DNA of 64,000 nucleotides, taken from the NCBI GenBank assembly GCA_026936335.1, contig JAPMXV010000058.1:299226-363225 (forward strand), given 5' to 3'. Of this stretch, positions 44,301-55,500 are shown piece after piece. The position numbers were made by a program, and so were the translations under genes. Below the pieces are notes generated by a model that made no database searches, was not told the origin of the DNA, and was given only the letters and a program-made list of their open reading frames with translations. The DNA comes from Mantamonas sphyraenae STR306 (lineage: Eukaryota; Protista; CRuMs). Position 1 is the first letter of the stretch; each line of letters opens with the position of its first letter.

Positions 44301-46813
44301 CGCCAAGAACACGGTGTGCAGCTGGGAGAGGAGGACGAGGAAGAGGAGGAGGACGAGGACGAGGACGAGGAGGAAGATGAGGAGGACGAGGGGCGGGAAG
44401 AGGAGGACGAGGAGGACGAGGACGAGGACGAGGACACACGGGCGAATCCGAGCGAGCAGAAGGACGAGGAGGCAAAGGCAAAGGCACGTGACCCTGTGGA
44501 AGAATTCCTCGAGCTCACTGCCCCTGAACTGCGTGCGGTCTACCGCCGGCGCAGACCAAGCGATAGACCCGAGCGACCCCAGGTGGAGGATTTGGGTCTG
44601 GACGAAGGCCAGCCATCACGCGCAGCCCTCAAAAACAGGCTGTTGCTGTTCAGCCTGGTGCTGGCAGACGGCGTATTTGGCAAGCGCGGCATTCACGCCG
44701 ACAACACCGACGCCATGTCGCATGCGGTGGCTGTGTGGCTGGTGAGGGCAGCCGGTGGTTCCCAGCGCGCATATCTTCCCACCCCAAAACGCCTGTCCAC
44801 CCCGCAGACGATCATGACCTCCCAAGGTGGTCTAGATATTGCTTTGCTGCCGCTGCTTCATGGAAACGACCGGAAACCTTCCACCGAGGCGCCGGAAAAC
44901 GCTGCACTGTGGGACATGAAGCGCCAGCTCATGGACGACGCGGGCAAACTACCACGGGAGGTACGGCTTGTCCACGCCGCGTCACAGGTGGTGGGTTACC
45001 AGCTAGGCTTGCGGTTGGAGGAGCACGTGAAGAATGCTGTGGTCGAGATCAAGGAGACTGCACTGGCGTCAGCCAAGCAGGAGGGGGAAATGGCCGAGGT
45101 GGACGAGCTGGAAAGTGCGCTATCGGCGCTGAAAACGCGCCCTGCTGCAGAGCCAAATGACACACTGGTGTACCACGATGTTATCAGGGACGTCTTTCTG
45201 GCCCAAGAGGCAAGGAAGAAGAAGACAAAGACGAAGTCGGGAATGCGCGGGCCAAATCCGTTTCTCGCGGTTCAGAGAGCAAACGACGTCATTTTCAAGG
45301 GAGGTGAAGCCCGGATCCACCGGTTCAAGCCTAAACCGTGGGGATATCAGCAGCTGTTCACCCTTCCAGAGACAACACGAGGAGGACGGCGAGTTGGATT
45401 TCCGTGCCAAGAATCTGACGAACCCGTGCCAGCTGTTGCCTTGTTCAATTCCATGGTTCAGTGGGCAGGGGGTGGATCGGGATCAACGTTGGCCTCGCCC
45501 AAGCCCCCGGCCACCATCAGTGCACACCGGCTGTCCAACTTGGGCTGGAATCTATGGCGAAATTTTGGGCACAACTGGATGCCCAAGTTGCAAGCATCGC
45601 TGACAACCCATGCTGGAGACAACATGGCTGCGACCATCGACCGTGTTGTGGGTCTCATCAAGCACTATGCCCCTCCTTCGTCAAAGGAGCTCTCGGTGGC
45701 TTTGAAGGCCCTGGAATTGAATATCGAGATGCAAGATGAGCTGGTTCGCAAATGGGACGACGTGGCGCGTGCAGCTGGCACAGCAACAGGCAAACGCCTC
45801 GCGCTGTCCACATCCTGGCTGCCGCGAACTGAAGAGGCAGGGGCGTCGTCTGCATCATCGTCGTCGTCGTCATCGTCGTCGTCTTCTTCGTCGTCCGACA
45901 CGTCAATGACACGGTGGGCATCGAGTGTTCATGGTCTGTGTGCAGGCTACGACCCAGGTGTGTACCAGCACGTTGGAGCCCTGGTTTACTACTATGAGCG
46001 TGTTTGTGTTTCTCGTTTCGCAGACGTGTGCTGCATTGAGTACGGTCTGGCGTTTGACCTCAAGGGCACCAATGTCCGCTACGAGCAGAGGCGATCGGGC
46101 CATGCAGAGATCTCCAACAAGCTCAGCAAGCTGGGCAAGCAGCTTGCCAACGCTGTGGACGCGGCAAAGAATTCGAAGATCGAGGAGGAGATGAAAGCAT
46201 TGACCGAAAAGTTGAGGCCAATCCAACAGCATATGGCCAAGCTGATCAAACACGGAAGCGCGGCAGTGATGGCTGACCTCCAACGACAGTGCAACCACCG
46301 AATTCACGTCGGATATGGAGCGGCGCCCGTGGTTGCAAGTGTGCCAGTGCGCACTGATGCCGCCCAACTCGCCTGCGTCGCTACGGTGACGATGACTCAC
46401 GAAGCACAGACATCCAAACACTCTGCGTACGACTGTAAAGCCGTTCGAAAGCATGCTTGGAGTGTCGACAAGAACGGGTCACGGAACGATCGGTGGTATG
46501 TGCACGAAGTGGCCACCAAGACGCTGCCGGATGGAGAGGAGTGGGTGGCGCACAAGGATCGCAGTGCTGCCATCAACATGGCCAACAAATGCCATGCAGC
46601 TCGGTGTGGTGGTGTCGAGCTGTGGCTTTTCACATGGGTGTGGAGCGGCAAACGTGCGCATCTACAAGAGGCGGCCCGCCAGGCCATGCATGGTGGACAA
46701 GATGCAGGAAATGGGGGACAAAATGTCCAAGTGGAGTTGTAGATGATTGTTGTGGTGAAATGCTTGTTTAAACTAGCGCTTGTAAGCAGCGCGAGGTGAT
46801 TTGCAAAATACAA
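41333..46813 (+). mobile_element. Element B: non-autonomous insertion carrying a giant Fanzor-like gene (~5.5 kb)
   Basis: TATAG direct repeat at 41331-35 and 46814-18; the 3' end AATACAA|TA is identical to element A. Excision keeps the host stop and leaves a 6-nt gap between convergent stops. Confidence 0.65.
41397..46742 (+). CDS. Giant Fanzor/TnpB-like RuvC nuclease B (~1,781 aa)
   Basis: RuvC-I CAGYDPG (D 45951-53), helical insert, IHVGYG, RuvC-II THEAQTSK (E 46401-03), RuvC-III HKDRSAAINM (D 46557-59). First plausible ATG at 41397. Confidence 0.8.
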   Translation: MVATTRSRRQIHGKYTAELSPTEYEAAVLYERYRHSDRVGSPQVHPDAWAFLCHFTSHRHRSRVAIASEVHARVVLKILRYRLREPRKLDDNEQLPLAQALFALVAGVGVLDVKTKALYMFKQHSTVIPTKPIVMEASYSAPDVRDNQEGPAFDLKKLVENAASNGNLCHASCKWCRQSTGTPSENTPELVTNYVHTGYDLTGVSLLLLEQVEKKFANDFSVRPVFPVPGSFSSVAFNVTRRKDLISRPVLRMENTLSERELHDMRGGGARNPLVSEDTSATEVGASVMYVLHIENLVMSCMARVHTTAESASSSSSLLQRAVEDVMADVRDKARRWNLRDGDVTVFLRGETHTTMSTLVNQTNRRAIIFEATLAHKHNETMEQLLDTLSAACERMGFNVECCANPVSTCLSRACAQTTIIQSPLSDGSLMREGVWIQGESEHTITRDNHIHRLVVGLLCGCSTLPITLSTVGKTGKMLDCVRTWQLRGELVDAEKAVRLAARSDSRAAEKRQLTDEVNRAIAAVVDDATLEELNGMMRTPAVGASVGASDNDDHHDNHEESQTLFDACRLMPRRGSGVVAEAISVAGEGSSVGEAISAIEEALQQECKERKPLPPGRTSVFVRRREVHGQRLRLFVARDSLESASILRAMGTQHVRDAMTEAGLDDYATAVDKMVQAEKGLVQAARTEASTTAYVSNKKWDAFVDAVRKENSGMPVSKANKVVPAATLQKLRREAPSSLKSLRIPKDTTCLRVTNDDSGKKSNTRHDPRPSFGPDWPATHQELLCKLLMWVGDATVTHTDTISHMTTNYTRSLGAIHETKPVPIPPKITAVIDKWNHAGYEAQRTRTMLDLEALVPNHNMDVQACVDFPGMVEAMLLTPLPEDVCGRVQITEAQAEGSTHWETTAFKAGAKRFQEDAKRMLPHIVYALREFARIYFTAAGLASTRRECDRLFLEVTKFEIKSARRHLRQEHGVQLGEEDEEEEEDEDEDEEEDEEDEGREEEDEEDEDEDEDTRANPSEQKDEEAKAKARDPVEEFLELTAPELRAVYRRRRPSDRPERPQVEDLGLDEGQPSRAALKNRLLLFSLVLADGVFGKRGIHADNTDAMSHAVAVWLVRAAGGSQRAYLPTPKRLSTPQTIMTSQGGLDIALLPLLHGNDRKPSTEAPENAALWDMKRQLMDDAGKLPREVRLVHAASQVVGYQLGLRLEEHVKNAVVEIKETALASAKQEGEMAEVDELESALSALKTRPAAEPNDTLVYHDVIRDVFLAQEARKKKTKTKSGMRGPNPFLAVQRANDVIFKGGEARIHRFKPKPWGYQQLFTLPETTRGGRRVGFPCQESDEPVPAVALFNSMVQWAGGGSGSTLASPKPPATISAHRLSNLGWNLWRNFGHNWMPKLQASLTTHAGDNMAATIDRVVGLIKHYAPPSSKELSVALKALELNIEMQDELVRKWDDVARAAGTATGKRLALSTSWLPRTEEAGASSASSSSSSSSSSSSSSDTSMTRWASSVHGLCAGYDPGVYQHVGALVYYYERVCVSRFADVCCIEYGLAFDLKGTNVRYEQRRSGHAEISNKLSKLGKQLANAVDAAKNSKIEEEMKALTEKLRPIQQHMAKLIKHGSAAVMADLQRQCNHRIHVGYGAAPVVASVPVRTDAAQLACVATVTMTHEAQTSKHSAYDCKAVRKHAWSVDKNGSRNDRWYVHEVATKTLPDGEEWVAHKDRSAAINMANKCHAARCGGVELWLFTWVWSGKRAHLQEAARQAMHGGQDAGNGGQNVQVEL

Positions 46814-46815
46814 TA
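46700..46815 (+). ncRNA. Putative omegaRNA scaffold of Fanzor B
   Basis: About 70-nt AT-richer tract after the stop, with a GCGCT..AGCGC hairpin, ending AATACAATA. The 5' limit is inferred. Confidence 0.4.
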
Positions 46816-46824
46816 TAGCGGGGG

Positions 46825-48082
46825 TCAGCGGGCCCACCAGGAGCGTAGCCAACGCCAAATGAAAGGAAGAAAGGCAGGAAGAATCCACAGGACAAATTGG
46901 AGGACCGAGGCGAGCCACGGGTGGTTGACGACGAGAGCAGGGCGAGAAGGACGCACTGCTGTAGATGATGATGATGAAGTTGTGTTGGCGGTCGGGGGCG
47001 GGATCTCTGTGACGACGTCGGAAAAGTTGACGCGGGAGGTGGAATTCGAGCGGACGAGGGGCGCAGGGGGCTGGACAGCCTTTTTGCGTGCCTGACGGCG
47101 TGGTCGGTGGTCGCGGACAGGCTTGGCAGGGGAGGAGGAAGAAGAGGAGGAGGAGGAGGAGGCGAGGTAGGAATGGGCGGGAGGAGGCGAGTCGGAGTCG
47201 GAGTCTGAAAAAGCAAATTGGGAGTCATTGGGCAGGCGAGTGGGAGGAGTAAAGAACTGCTCAGTGGATGTTTGGAGGGTGGCGAGGTCGAGCTTGGGCA
47301 GGGAGTCGACCTGTTCGCTTTCGTCTTCGCTGAAACTAATGACGTCTGCACTGGAGGTGGAGGTGGGGCTTGCGCTTAGCCTGTCGTCACTCGGGAGGGG
47401 AGGAAGGGGTCCGTACTGCTGGCGGTACTGCTGGGCAAAGTCGCGGACGTGGTCCTCGGTGTAGGTGAGGAACATCTCTGCAGAAGACTTTGCGAGGGAG
47501 ATGATAAATATCTCAAAGAGGTAGCCGACGAGAGGCATGTTGAAGGAGACAGTGATGTCGACGGTGATCTCTGTGACGTCGCGGGCGCCAACGGCCTTCT
47601 GCAGAGAGAGGGTGTGAGACGGAGACGGAAAGGGAAGAGGGAAGGGACGAGGGGCAAGGGAGGTGCGGGCACGCACGTACGCTACGGACAACAAAGACGA
47701 GCTTTGCGTTGAAGTAGTTCTCCATAACATCGGGGAAAAAGTCTGCGTGTGTTTCAAAGAGAACATCGTCGTCTGTGTGGAGGGTGTGGGGCGGGAAGCG
47801 GATTTCTTGGACCTCGGTCATGCCGATGTTGCCTGTGCCGACGATGCCGGCGAGAAAGTCTGGAAACGGGACACCGACGGCCTGGAAGCGGGAGGTTCGG
47901 CGCTCGTGGGTGATTGTGTGTGTGTGTGGATCGCGTATGGAGAGCCAGGGGTCGAAGCGCATGTCCACATCCTTGCGGACGTTTGCATGGTAGTCTAGCT
48001 TGAAGGAGTCGTCCTTGCCAAAGTGGAGAAACTCCTCGGGGGAGCACTCGAGGAAGCGCTGGACTTGGTCGTGGCGGACCAT
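46825..48082 (-). CDS. VASt/StART-like lipid-transfer protein with C-terminal TM (1 intron)
   Basis: CSPEEFLHF..DDSF..YH, MTEVQEI, TEITVDITVSFNMPLVGYLFEIFI; hydrophobic tail. Confidence 0.6.
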
Positions 48083-48101
48083 GGCAGGGAGGACGTTGTG
48101 G

Positions 48102-49597
48102 ATGCGAGTGCGCCGCCGGCCACAAGCGTGGATGGGTGTGCAACAAGCGTCGAAGGGCCAACTGGCTTTCCATGTGCGGCTGGATGCGGCAAGCCACGTG
48201 CGGGTGCGTGCAAAAGTGGGCAAGGATGGCAGGACGTACCCTACGGTGGGGGATCTGGAACGCGCGATGTGCAGCCTGCGCGGGGTCAAACGATGCAGTG
48301 TGCAGGTGCAGTACGAGGAGGGCGAGACGAAGCGAAACGTTACGGTGAACCTGGACAAGAAGGAGACGAGCCTGGAGGAGGTGGCAGGGATGGCTGGGGC
48401 GTCGGGGACACTGTTGGTGCGGGAAGAGAGCGAAAAGATGGTGATTGTGGCAATTGTGATGATCATGGTCGGGTGTATGGCAAACAACATGACGCTGGAG
48501 AAGCTAATCAGGTGAGTTGCGGGAGGGTGGGGAGGACGGGAGGGGTGCGGTCGCGGGGGGGATGACGTCAGCAAGTGTGGGCTGACACAAGTGGGCGCAG
48601 GGCGGACTCTGGGTCGGGGAACGTGGTGACGACGCTGCAGTTTGCAGTGGTGGCGCTGTTGAGTCTGTTTATGCTGATGCAGTTTGGGCGTGAGCGATGG
48701 GTGCGAGTGGGGCGTGCGCGCGGAGAAACACCGGAGCTGGAGATTGAAGAGAGGGTGACCGAGGGGCTGTGGCCGATCCGATTTATGGAGAGGAGTGTGC
48801 CGCTGCAGTACTACGTGTTGATGGTGCTGATTTTTGGCGTTGTTTCTGTGCTGAACAACCACGCGTTCCAGTACGAGATCAGCCTGCCGCTTCACATGCT
48901 TGTGCGGAGTGGGGGTCTGATTGCGAGCTTTGCGGTGGGTGTGGTTGCATTGGGCAAGGCGTTCCGGAAGCGGGAATTTGCAGCAGTGATGGTGGTGACG
49001 GCGGGCATTGTGCTTGCGTCGGTGACATACGGAGCGATGAAGGGAGAGGCACAGCCTTGGGTGACGAGCGACTTTGACGACCACGCGTGGATGGTGGGCA
49101 TGCTGCTGTTGCTACTTGCGCTGGTGATGAGTGCGTCGCTGGGTGCGCTGCAGGAGTACACGTACGGACGATACGGGAAGAACTGGCGAGAGGCGATGTA
49201 CTATTCGCACGCACTGCCGCTTCCTGTGATGGCATACATGCTGTGGGACGACCTGGTGAAGCATACCGAGGTGTTGCGCGTGAAGAGCGTGTCGGCTGTG
49301 GCAGTAGGCGGAGTGGAGGTGCCCGAGTTGTGGGTGATGTTGGGGTTGAATGCGCTGACGCAGTATGTGTGTGTGCGCGGCGTGTTTACGCTCACCGGGT
49401 ACACGAGTTCTCTGAGCACGACGTTTGTGTTGACGGTGCGCAAGGTGTTGAGTTTGTTCGTGTCGGTTTGGTGGTTTGGCAACCCGTTCCCGCCGCGGCT
49501 GTGGGTGGCGGCGGTGATGGTGTTTGGAGGTTCGTTTGCGTACAGCCGGTTTAGGGCGGGTGGAGGAGGTGGAGGTGGGAAGGTGAAGGGTGATTGA
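48102..49597 (+). CDS. UDP-GlcNAc/UDP-xylose transporter SLC35B4/YEA4-like (intron 48512-48600; alternative start 48438)
   Basis: GCMANNMTLE, GNVVTTLQF, NNHAFQYEISLPLHMLVRSG, WREAMYYSHALPLP, TQYVCVRGV, LTVRKVLSL. Confidence 0.9.
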
Positions 49598-52500
49598 TGA
49601 AGGGATGGGAAGGGAATGAATTTGGAAGCGGGCGAAAGTTCGCACACGAGCACGAGGGCAACTGAATTGGAGTTGGTTCACGGTGATGACGGCAAGAAAC
49701 GCTGTTGCGCAGAGAGTGTGGTTGCGTGGATGGAGTGGGAAGGATGCAAGGAGCGGAAAGCCTCTTGCAGGGCGTGTGGTCAAGGTGAGAGGCTGCGTGT
49801 GCACACTTTTTTCACACTTTTCGATGGCAGCGTTTGCGGGTTCTCCCAAGGGGTGCATGCGTTTGTGAAGGGTGTATCTTGTGGGATGGGGTGGGCACGT
49901 TGGTGTGAGAGGGTGAACATGCATGTTTGTGACTGGGAGGGTCGGAGAAGGACGCGATGGGGTGGTGGAGATGCATGTTGGAGCGCGTTTGCGCGCGTTT
50001 TGATTTTGATGCTGCTGTGGCCATGGGGGGACTGTCGATTCACAGCTGGGATACGACAGGGGGAGAGGGAGGGGGAGGGGGTTGGTGGCTCACACACATG
50101 CCGAAGCAGACGTACGCGCAGGTGTTGCTTGTGCTAGTGGTCGTGCTTTGCTCACCAGTTCTCGCCGATTTCACCGTTCTGTGGGGAGGTTCTGCCGCGG
50201 TCATCCCACGAGGAGTTGCCGTGGCTCCCAACGGAGACACCTACGTCACTGGGTACACCACGGGGCAGCTTGATGGCCAGGGGTACGCTGGACAAGATGA
50301 CATTTTCCTGACAAAATTCACGGCAGCAGGCAACAAGGAATGGTCGAGGGCATTCGGCACCATTTACAGTGACGTAGGCGTAGACGTTGCCGTGTCATCC
50401 TCTGGCGAGGTCTACGTCACCGGAACCGTAGAAGGCTCGTTGCATGGCCAGCCGTATTCTGGCGCGAACTCGGACGCGGTTCTGATCAAGATGACTGGAT
50501 CAGGTGACAGGGTGTGGACAAAACAATGGGGTTCCAGCAGGCGCGACAGCGGAAACAGTGTGGCCGTGTCGTCCAGTGGAGACGTCTTTGTCGCAGGGGA
50601 GACAAACGGCGACATTGATGGGCAGACGCCGACCAACCTTTACAACATGTTTCTGACCAGAGTGAACGCAACTGGAAGTATCCTGTGGACCAAGGTCTTG
50701 GCAACCTCAGAGTCTGATTTCGCGTTTGGCGTGGCAGTGTCGGGTGCGTACATTTACATGACAGGTTACACGAACGCCGTTTTGGATGGACAGACGAGTG
50801 CAGGTGACTGGGACGTTGTTCTCTCCAAATGGAATGCGACAGGGCACTTGGTGTGGGCAAAGCAATGGGGAACCAGCTCAAGGGATTTTGGTCATGGCGT
50901 TGCGGTGTCGTCCGCAGGGGACATTTACGTCGCTGGAACCACCTCTGGGAACTTCACGGGGTTCACAAATCAAGGCGGGGATGACATCTTTCTGTCAAAG
51001 GTGGATGGAAGTGGCAATATGGTATGGACGACGCAGCTGGGCAGCTCTTTATCCGAGAACGTGGGTGGGGTTGCTGTGTCACCCGCAGGCGAAATCTTTG
51101 TGGCTGGTCAGACGGGCGGAGCACTTGACGGACAAGCCAACTTGGGCGGCAATGACTTTTACCTGAGCGGATGGAGCGCAACTGGGAGCAAACTCTGGAC
51201 GAAACAGTGGGGAACAAACGAGTCAGATTCCGGGACCGGGATGGCGATCTCACCAACAGGGCAAGCACTTGTTGTCGGTACCACCCGTGGCCATCTTGGG
51301 AGCGCTTTGATAGGCGAATCGGATGCTGCCCTGAGCAATGTCAAGCTCGTCGCCAACTGCTCGTACGTGCCGGGAACGTTTGAACGTACAGTTTACATGC
51401 CCCCCAGTCCATTCGACACTGGCAAGGTGGACTGTCCCTTGTGTCCCATTTTCACATTCAGCAATGCACCAGGAATGAGCACGTGCTACACGTGCATCGA
51501 AGGCAACGCCAACTTCGCTCCGGGGTCGGACAGCTGCAACGCCACATTCCCGTTCACCGTCTCTGTATCACCGTTGGTGACACCAAACACAGGTGGGACG
51601 GTGGTGGACATTCGTGGGGCAAATCTCAACAGCACCACGGTCGCTGTGTGGCGAGCTGAAGATGGGACGCGGCGTACAGGATCGTGCACGACGCTGAGCA
51701 CAACCCGACTGAACTGCACCACACCGGCGTTTCCGAAGCTAGAGAACGTCAGTGTGATCATTGAGACGGACCAGGCGTCGCCTCTGTATGTGGCACCGAC
51801 GATGGAGGTGTTCTCGAGCACGTTTACGTCGTTTGCACCTCTGAGCGGGCCGAGCACAGGAGGCACGACGGTGGTGGTACACACAGAGCGGATGGCAGTG
51901 AGGGCGCCGGAGCTGGCACGGTGTCGGTTTGGAACGCAGGTGCAGTGGGCGAGCGAAGTGTCGTCGTCGACGATGAAGTGCAACACGCCAGGCGGGGTGG
52001 GAACAGGGGAGGTGGATGTGTCTGTGGATGGGCAACAGTGGTACAGGGTTGCGGGGGGAGCGTTCACGTCGTACACGAGCACAGTGACAACAGTGTCGCC
52101 CGGGTCGGGGCTGACCACAGGTGGCACAGAGGTCAGGGTGACCGGAACGGGAATTGTGAACGGAAGAGATGTGCCTGTGGTGACGATTGATCCAAACGGG
52201 GTGACGGAGAGCACGAAAGTGGCGGGGGTGTTTACAGAGGGCGGGAGCACGATTGCGATCACGACGCCGGCGTTTGGCACGCCAGCGCTGGCCCAGGGGG
52301 CGGTGCTGGACTCCACGGTGAAGGTTGCGCCGAACGGGATGCAGGATCTACCCACAAGTGTGGGCTTTTTGCTGTACGAGGCACATGGACTGCAGGGTGT
52401 GACGCCATCGACGGCACCTGTGTCGACGGCAGGGATCAGTTTGTCGCTGTCACCGGATGCAGGGAAGACGTTTGGGAACACTGGCAACGAGATTCGGATG

Positions 52501-55500
52501 CGGATGCGCAGTAGTGGGGGCACAGAGGCGGTTGTGGCAGGGACATGGCAGACGGGAGGAACGCGGGTGACGGCGACGATGCCCTCGTTTGCAGAGAGCG
52601 GGAGGGGCGAAGTGTCGATTGCGCTGAACGGACAGCAGTGGAGTGCATGGCGAGAGTTGACGCTGTACCGGGTGGACAGCGTGACGCCTGCGTGGGGCCC
52701 GACGACGGGAGGAACGATGGTGACGGTGACCGGACACGGATTCAACGACACGGGGACAAACCTGTTGTGTTCGTTTGGATCTGTGCAAGGGCAGCGTGGG
52801 ACGTATGTGTCGCACAGTCGGGTGACGTGCGAGTCGCCGACGGCAGGCATGAGTACAGGATCGGTGAGTGTGGGCGTGACGACGAATGGGGCGGAGTACG
52901 CGCAGTCAACGGGGGCGGTGATGACCGCATACACGGTCCCTAAAGTGCAGAGTGTGCAACCTGTGGGGGTCAATTTGGGACAGGTGACGACTGTGACGAT
53001 TACGGGGACGGGGTTCATCAACACGGGGGTGATCAAGGTGCGGTTCGGGAGCCTGGAGGCAAACGGAACGTTTGTGGACGGGACGAGGATTGTGGCGGTG
53101 ACACCGAGCAACGGACGAGGAGCGCAGAGTGTGGAGGTGGCGCTGAACGGGCAGCAGTACACGAGTGATGGAGTGGTGTTTGAGTTTGGGACAGTGTTGT
53201 GTCCGACAAACACGTTTGCGCCTGGGGGAACGGCGCCGACGATCAATGATTGTGTGTGTCGACCGTTGTTCTATGAGCCGGAAGGGCGAGCGGGCAGGGA
53301 GTGTGTGCCGTGCAAGGAAGGAGCGGAATGTGCGGGACTTGGGGCGGCGCCGGTTGCGCTGCCTGGATTCTTTGCGACGACCTCGGGAAGCGACCCTACG
53401 TTTGTGCGGTGTGCTGTGGCGTCTGCGTGCCTTGGAGGAGCGTCGTCGACGTGTGCGCAAGGATACAAGGGAACGTTGTGCGGAGTGTGCGATGCCGGGT
53501 ACTACCGGCTGGGGGACACGTGCCAACCGTGCCAACAGGGGTCAGGTGGTACGATTACGTTGCTGATTGTGCTGTTTGTGTTGTATCTGTTCTTTGTGAA
53601 GCGACAGGTGCGTGCGAGTCGGAAGAGCACGGGCAAGGTGGCAGCGCTTGCGATTACGCACTTGCAGGTGATGAGCACGTTTAGCGAGTACCGGCTGAAC
53701 TGGCCGAACGAGGTGAAGTCTGTGTTCAACTACTTTTCGTTGGCCAACTTTAACATTGACACGGCGGCACCGGAGTGCTCTGTGGCAGACGGGTGGACGG
53801 CGGAAACACGGTTCTGGATCACGATGATGCTTCCGTTGATGGTCGGGGTTGGGTTGGTGTTGCGAGTGTGTGGACAGTACCTGCTGGCAAGGTGGGTTGA
53901 GAAGAATGGGGAAGCGTTCAAGGGGAAGCATGCAGATTTCTGTGCAGAACCGGACGCGTCGCTGCCGAAGTGGCGGTTTGCGCTGGACCTGATGCGTCAC
54001 AGTGTGTCGACGTTGTTTACGGAGGCGGAGCCGGTGGAAGCGGAGACGATGCGGCACCTGGTGAACGAGATGCTGTTTAGCATGGGGCTGCTGTACATCA
54101 CGCTGTGCACGCGGGTGTTGGAAGTGTTTGACTGCACGGAGGTGCGTACGGGGGTTGCAGTGATGGACGCGTCACCGAATGTGGTGTGTTGGGTGGATGA
54201 AGGGATACATGGGCGTCTGGTGGGGCCTGCGGTGGTGTTTGGGCTGCTGTATGTGTTGGGAACGCCTTTTGTGTTTTTGAGCATCATGTTGACGTCGCAG
54301 GATGTGGAGAAGCGACGGGACGAGGCATTTCTGCAAAAGTACTCGACGATCTTCAACAAGTACGATCCGCGACACTACTGGTTCGAGGCGATGGTGCTGC
54401 TGCGGAAGGCAGCTGTGGTGGGTGTGAAGCTGTTTGCGACGACGCTGCCGGCGCTGCAGGGACTGCTGGGGATGGTTGTGTTGGGAGGAGCCACTGTTGT
54501 GCATGACCGTACGCAGCCGTACAAGACGTCGATGCAGAACAATCTGGAAAGCATTCTGCTTGTGGAGTCGCTGCTGCTGCTGGTGGCTGGGATGGTGTTT
54601 GTGACGGGCAGTGATTCGACGGGGACAAACGCATGGAGCGTGCTGACGGTAGTTGTGGCGGGGAGTGTGATTGTGGTGTGTGTGGGATATGTGGTGCGTG
54701 ATGTGTGGGCAGGGATTCATGAGCGGCAACGGGAGAAGCGGGCGGAGGAGAAAACGACGGTCGCTGCGAAGCAGTTTGTCAGTGCGTTGCGTCACATGGT
54801 TCACCCAGATGTGCACGGAAGGCTTGAGGCAATGGCGGCCAACGGAGAGCTGAGTGAGGAGGAGGTTGAGCAGGTGGCCAAGGAGGTGGCGCAGTTGAAG
54901 GAGTTGCAATCGATGCCGGCCGTGAAGGGGATGGACAAGGCACGGAAGGCGGTGGACGTGGACAGCTTCTCACCATTGTTGCTGTATGTTGCACGCAACG
55001 ATTCGTCGACGCTGGCAAAGATTGTGCGGTTGCTGGGAAGCGAGCGAAGAGGGACGTTGGTGAGCGGGCGGTTGAGTTCGTTGTCGCAAGTTGCGCCGGG
55101 ATCTGGGAAGAAGGGAGGGAAGGAGGAGAAGGAGGAGGATGAGGAGGTTGAGGAGTTTGAAATGCAAGCCGTTTGATTGTGGTGTTTGGGGGGTGGGTGG
55201 GTGGGTATGGAACGCATCTTGTGTGATGAGATGCATGAGATGCGTTCAGCCGGTTTAGGGTGGGTGGAGGTGGGAAGGTGAAGGGTGATTGATGAAGGGA
55301 AGGGAATGAATTTGGAAGCGGGCGAAAGTTCGCAGCGAAAACGAGGGCAACTGAATTGGAGTTTTTTGTTCACGTTTGATGACGGCAAGAAACGCTGTTG
55401 CGCAGAGAGTGCGGTTGTGTGGATGGAGTGGGAAGGATGCAAGGAGCGGAAAGCCTCTTGCAGGGCGTGTGGTCAAGGTGAGAGGCTGCGTGTGCACACT

